Below, piece after piece: positions 53,651 to 64,000 of a stretch of 64,000 nt of DNA. The position numbers and the translations under genes were made by a program. The notes under the pieces were generated by a model, which searched no databases, had not been told where the DNA came from, and saw nothing but the letters and a program-made list of their open reading frames with translations. The stretch is from the human T2T-CHM13v2.0 reference genome, Homo sapiens. The stretch is taken from assembly GCF_009914755.1 (NCBI RefSeq), contig NC_060936.1. The stretch is one strand, 5' to 3'. Numbering within the stretch: the stretch's first letter is position 1; the number at the start of each line of letters is the position of its first letter.

Positions 53651-53855
53651 AGCTGTGGGATAATTTTAAGTGACCTAATACATACACTTAAAGTCCCTAA
53701 AAACGGAGGGCAGAAATGATATTTGAAGAAATAATAACCGAAAAAGTTCCAAATTGCGTGAAAACTATAAATCTACAAATCCAAGAAATTCAACAGACCC
53801 CAAGAACAAGAAACATAAAAACTACACCAAGAAACAGCATAATCATACTGCTTAA

Positions 53856-54361
<506 letters not shown>

Positions 54362-54548
54362 TTAAAGCCAGTGATAATGAGAAAATCTGAAAAGCAGCCA
54401 GAGGGAAAATGCCACAGAGGAAAAAACCCAAAATGGTAAGATTGACAGCAGAATTCTTGTGGGGAACAATGCAAGCCATCAGACAGTGGAGCAATGTCTT
54501 TAAAGTGCTGAAAGAAAAAAAATTTGTCAACTTAGAATTCAAAAACCA

Positions 54549-54844
<296 letters not shown>

Positions 54845-55019
54845 TCAAAAACCAGTAAAAATATCTGTCAGTAATGAAGATAAAATAAAGTTTCTCTCAG
54901 ACATATGAAAGCTGAAAAAAATCATCACAGCCGACTTGAACCAAAAGAAATGTTATAAAGAAATCCTTCAGGCAAAAGCAAAATGATACTAAAAAGGAAT
55001 CTGTATCTGCAAAAGGAGC

Positions 55020-57530
<2,511 letters not shown>

Positions 57531-57621
57531 CATGTGTTAATGAAAAGCCATATACATAAAAAATAGATAAATATAATTTTTAATTTAAAAAATCTGTTTA
57601 AAAGATAATTGACTTTTTGAA

Positions 57622-57913
57622 TTTTTTATTTTTTAGATACAGTCTTGCTCTGTAACCCAGACTGGAGTACAGTGGCATGATCACAGCTCACCGCAGCCTT
57701 GAACTCCTGGGTTCAAGCAATCCTCTTATCTCAGCCTCCCAAGTAGCTACGACTACAGGCGTGCACCACCACGCCCAGCTAATTTTTGTACTTTTTGTAG
57801 AGACAGGGTCTCACTAACTAGTCAGGCTGGACTCAAACTCCTGACCTCAAGCAATCTTCCTGCCCTGGCCTCCCAAAGTGTTGGGATTACAGGTATGAGC
57901 CACCACGCCCAGC
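57622..57913 (-). mobile_element. AluJ-like element
   Basis: Reverse dimer with J diagnostics. Confidence 0.92.
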
Positions 57914-58963
57914 ATGATCGACTGTTTAACAACAACAAAAAAATTAACAATATATGCAATGTATTGGAGAGTTTCTAATGTATATAAAAGTAAAATGCAT
58001 GACAATAATAGTACAAAGGCCTGGAAGTGGGAACAGGGAGTATATTGTTGTAAGGTTTATATACTATATGTGAAGTGGTATATTATTACTTGAAGATTAA
58101 TTGTAATAGGTTAAGGATGTATATAAACCCTAAAGCAGCCCCTAAAACAAAACAAATAGTAATAGCTAACTATAAGCCATCAAAGGAAATAAAATTGAAT
58201 CAGAAAATTAATCCAAAAGAGGGCAGAAAATATGAAAAGGGAAACAAAGAACAGATGGGTCAAATAGAAAACAAACAGCAAGAAGGTAGATTTAAATGCA
58301 ACCATATCAATAAACTCTTAGTCAACACTCTCAGGCAAATAAACAAGTTAACTTTGATCTCCTATCTGCATTACATTTCTGTCAAAAAGTTGTACAGTGA
58401 AAGATTAGAAACTTGAACTAATCATGGTTATAACAGCAAAATGATCTTGGCAGGGATTCCTTTTCTGACTTAAGCAGATCACAGAATGATGTCTAGCAAG
58501 TTCAGCCAAGAGACACTGTGCTGAAGGCACTTTTCATTTCTTTCTTCACAGAGCACTTACATAACTCAGCTCGCCATAGTGTAACAACAACCCAGGCACA
58601 GAGTGCTGGAAAGAGATTTCTGCAGTAACAATTCCCTTTCTCACCAGGCAGAGGCTTAGGAACAGTACTAAAGGGACTTTCCTTTGTCCTCAAGAGACTC
58701 AAAAAAAACCTGGAGACCTTTTGGGTCAAACTCTCTTGTTTTAGTCATTGGTATCTGCTCCTTATAGTCCTGCTTGAGGATTACCTGGGCCCACTCGCTA
58801 CCTCATCTCGTGTCACGCTACCTTACTCCGAACACACAGCTGCCTTCCTTCAGGATCAGCGTCCTGTCTGATGATGTCTTCTTCCTGGAATAGTTTCTCA
58901 CCTGCCAGTCTTGTTCATTTAGTTAATTCCTTTTCGTCCTTTAGATCTTAATTCAAAAGTCTA

Positions 58964-59306
<343 letters not shown>

Positions 59307-60083
59307 TTATCACATTTTGAAATTATAGACCATGGGATATAATTGCATGGCAGATGGAAGCAAAGACATTGTAAGTGTATTTATCACCTCCTCAGATTAA
59401 AATAGTCTAACTTATTTATTATTTATTTATTTATTTATTGCCATTGGGCCCTTCTGCCCCCACATTTTAAGGGAATTTCTGAACTTATTATGCAGGTTGG
59501 GGAAACTAGTGGAGGAAAATCTTAAGAAACAGTTAAGCCTAAAGGATCCACATGGATCCGGAAAGCACTAGGGATGAGGAAAAGCTGACTCAGACAAAAG
59601 TTGTTGAAATACAATAAATGAAAATGGCAGGGATGTGAGCTAAGGTTGGCATTTTGGTAAAGGATGAGTAATAAGGTGTGCAGAGAGGCACTGGGACAAT
59701 TAAGGGATGACAAAGCCATTAAGACTGAGTGAAGAGGGACAAGGGAATATCCAGATGTGTGTCTGTAGGTTACAAATCGAATCCCCTTTGGCAGTCTTTT
59801 GAGAGGCACAATTAAAGTTGGAAACTGCTCTAGTGGATACAAAGTTTTAGTGGCTTTAAACAAAAAAAAATTATCCCTCATTTATACAAAATGATTAATG
59901 AGATTGCCTTTCTCACCTAGGGTCCTTGAGTTTACTCTCTAGAACATCGCTGATTATGGTAGAAAAAAGCAAGAACCTGTTTGACCTTGTCCTGTGTTAC
60001 TTTAACCCATAACCATAGATGCATTGGTTGCTATATTTGTCTCCAGGAATAGGAAGGCACAAAGAAATTGGACCACAGAGGCG

Positions 60084-60590
60084 TTGTGGGGGACAGTGGC
60101 TAGCTGCTATGACTGCCAATGTCCATTTCCCTTCCTTTTGTAAGGCATCCCAATTTCTTCTGGGGACTGAACCTCTGACCCTCTCAATTCACAAACTTCT
60201 CCTGGAATTGGCTCCCCTCCAGCTCTAAGGAAGAGCATGTGACTTAGGCCTGGCCTATCAGAGCACCACATTCCCCTGGCCAGGATTAGTTTAGGAACGT
60301 GCATGTGATCTACTTCAGACTAACGAGAGTCACACTAAGAATATTTGTTGGAAGGAGCGAAACACTGTTCTTTTATCACTGGATTTGAACATGAAGATGA
60401 AACCAAAATTCAGATGAGTAGGGCTGAAAGGAGAGGCACCAGGTCCTGGTGACACTGTTGGAGCCCCTACAACAACGGGTGCTGCAACTAGCCCTTGAGC
60501 CAATGAATACTCACCACCCCCCTTCTTTTTTGGCTTATGTGAATGTGAGTTGGGGTTTTAGCTGCTTAGAATGGAAAGAGTTCTAAACTC
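60084..60590 (+). mobile_element. Old MLT1-family LTR
   Basis: GCATGTGACTTAGGCCTGGCCTATCAGAGC and CCAGGTCCTGGTGACACTGTTGGAGCCCC motifs. Confidence 0.6.
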
Positions 60591-62188
60591 TATAGCATTA
60601 AACTTATATCTGTGTTACATATGATTAAGACCTAGCTCCATGATTTGCCTTCATGAGGACAGGGACCATGCTTTTTGTTGTTGTTGTTGTTGTTGTTTTC
60701 TAGTGTATCCTTGGATAAACACATTGTCTTGTGACTGGTTACTGTCTGTTTCCTTGTTGAACTTTATACTCTCTGCAGGCCAGAAATTTTTGTCTTACTA
60801 ATCTTGAGTTCCCAGACTAATGCACAAGACTTAAAATAAGAATGAAAAAATACAGGAAAAAAAAAAAAAAAAACCAGAGCAAGGAATTACAATGCCCATT
60901 ATGAAAAGGCCAATTAACTTGGTTTTTATAAATTGATTTCCCAGATGCATATATTTAATGCCAATACAGTAAAACCTTGTTTCTTATGATAGATTTAGAA
61001 AACTGGAAATGAATCAGACATTTATAACTACTGTTATTTTCTTCTTCATTATTTTATATTATCAAAAGAGATAACTTTTCACAAGTAGACTTTTGCACTC
61101 CTTTGATCTAAGAAGGCCTAAGGATATGTGTATAAGACTTAGAGTAATGGTTAACATATCATTATACAGTCTATACATTTGCACTATCTGAAGACAAACA
61201 ATTGAAACATTATGGTATTTACAATGTCAGAAGTTAAGATAGAAATTTAAGCTACATGTTATGTTTCTAGGTTATTTAAAATTCTAACTTATTAAAGACA
61301 TAAAAGTAAATATCCAGTAAAAGCCCTAAAAAGCCCACAGGTAATTCTAATCCCCACTTATGGATCTGTGCAAGCAATGAGTTTATTCTGAGACCAGGAA
61401 AAAAGCTTTTTCATCATTTCCTTTTCCTGCTCAGGAAAAAAAATCATTGTACATAATTTAACAAAGAAAGTAGAATTTTCTACTTTCTACTTTAGTGAAT
61501 TCCCTCAACCGTCTTTAGTAGTGGGGAGAGAAAGCTGTGTTTTCAGGAAAATGTGGTTTGCCAGGCTCCCTTTTTTCTGTCACGGCAGTGATGGTGAGCA
61601 GGCTCCTGATAGGAGGGAAAGCCTTCCTCTTCTCCAGCAAGACTAAACCAAAACTGCATCAAAACCCAAGAAACAAAACCAAACAAAGAGGGAACAAAAC
61701 AGGACTTCCCTTTGCTAGTTCCTGACATAGTTCTCTCTTGTCTGTTCCACCTGTTTTTTCCCTCCTAAGTGAAATGACCCAGTAAGTTTACCAAGTTGAG
61801 TATGTCATGCACAGGAATCTCAGATTTCTTAGGCTGGTTTTATCAATTAATTAATGCATGATGTTGTTGGAAACTGTGGTACTCAATTCCAATTACAATG
61901 AACTCTAGAGAATATAAACAATTTTAAAACAAGAAACAGTTTTAATAGACATGGTTAGAAACAGGTTGAAAGGAAACCACATTCATTGACTTTGTGGTAA
62001 CAAGGAGAAAGGATTAAACTCAGAAGGAAATTCTTTGTTTTTTATGTTAACTTCTAGAGCGATGATTTGAGAATTTGTACAACATGAAAGGAAGTGTTTC
62101 TTTGACAGCAGGACAAAAGAAATATGTGGCTTTTAGCTACCATCCAGCTTAACTCTTCCCTCTACAGGAAATAATTATAAACCTGTAG

Positions 62189-63513
<1,325 letters not shown>

Positions 63514-63681
63514 AGATCAATAGCACACTGCAGTTGTGGATATTCTGCTGTGATATTAAATATATTATATAAAATCCTTCTTCATAATGGTATTTACTAT
63601 AATAATATTTTATTTGTAGTATTAAAAATGCTACAGGATCAATCATTTTTACGTTATTTTATGTGTATCCTACATAGCTAG

Positions 63682-64000
63682 TGATATGGTTTGGCTATGT
63701 CCTCACCCAAATCTCATCTTGAATTCCCACGTGTTGTGGGAGGGACCCAGTGGGAGGTAATTGAATCATGGGGGCAGGTCTTTCCCATGCTGTTCCTGTG
63801 ATAGTGAATAAGTCTCATGAGCTCTGATGGTTTTATAAAGGGGAGTTTCCTTGGACAAGCTCTCTTTACTTGTTGGCCGCCATGCCTGACGTGCCTTTTG
63901 CCTTCTGCCATGATTGTGAGGCCTCCCCAGCCACGTGGAACTGTGAGCCCATTAAACCTCTTTCTTTTGTGAATTGCCCAGTCTCAGGTATGTCTTTTAT
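63682..64000 (+). mobile_element. THE1 (THE1A-like) LTR, running off the window end
   Basis: TGATATGGTTTGGCT...GGAACTGTGAGCCCATTAAACCTC. Confidence 0.9.

Overview
Primate (almost certainly human, chr12q21.2) genomic DNA with two convergent protein-coding genes and a repeat-dense gene-free stretch. On the + strand are the last seven coding exons (aa 381-632) and the ~2.7 kb 3'UTR of the palmitoyltransferase ZDHHC17/HIP14. I spliced these by hand: phases agree and the DPG, DHHC-CRD, TTxE and PaCCT motifs are present. On the - strand is the complete CSRP2 gene: 6 exons, a 582-nt CDS encoding a 193-aa double-LIM protein, and a CpG-island promoter at ~38.9 kb. Positions 40-64 kb contain Alus, nested L1s, MaLR/ERV1 LTRs and DNA transposons. 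I found no unknown gene or clearly new biological system; the remaining listed ORFs are Alu-, L1- or GC-rich artefacts. The most notable observations are: (1) a minor-spliceosome (U12, AC-ending) acceptor at the first ZDHHC17 exon, with a Ser383 codon that creates a competing CAG; (2) an octamer-rich LTR9-type LTR with a SOX-OCT motif in CSRP2 intron 1; (3) a MER41B LTR with a rearranged STAT/GAS cassette; (4) a full-length piggyBac MER75 retaining a 49-aa transposase-start ORF; (5) an Alu carrying a strong G-quadruplex insert beside a ZDHHC17 splice acceptor. Repeat subfamily names and literature links are from memory and need a RepeatMasker/Dfam check.
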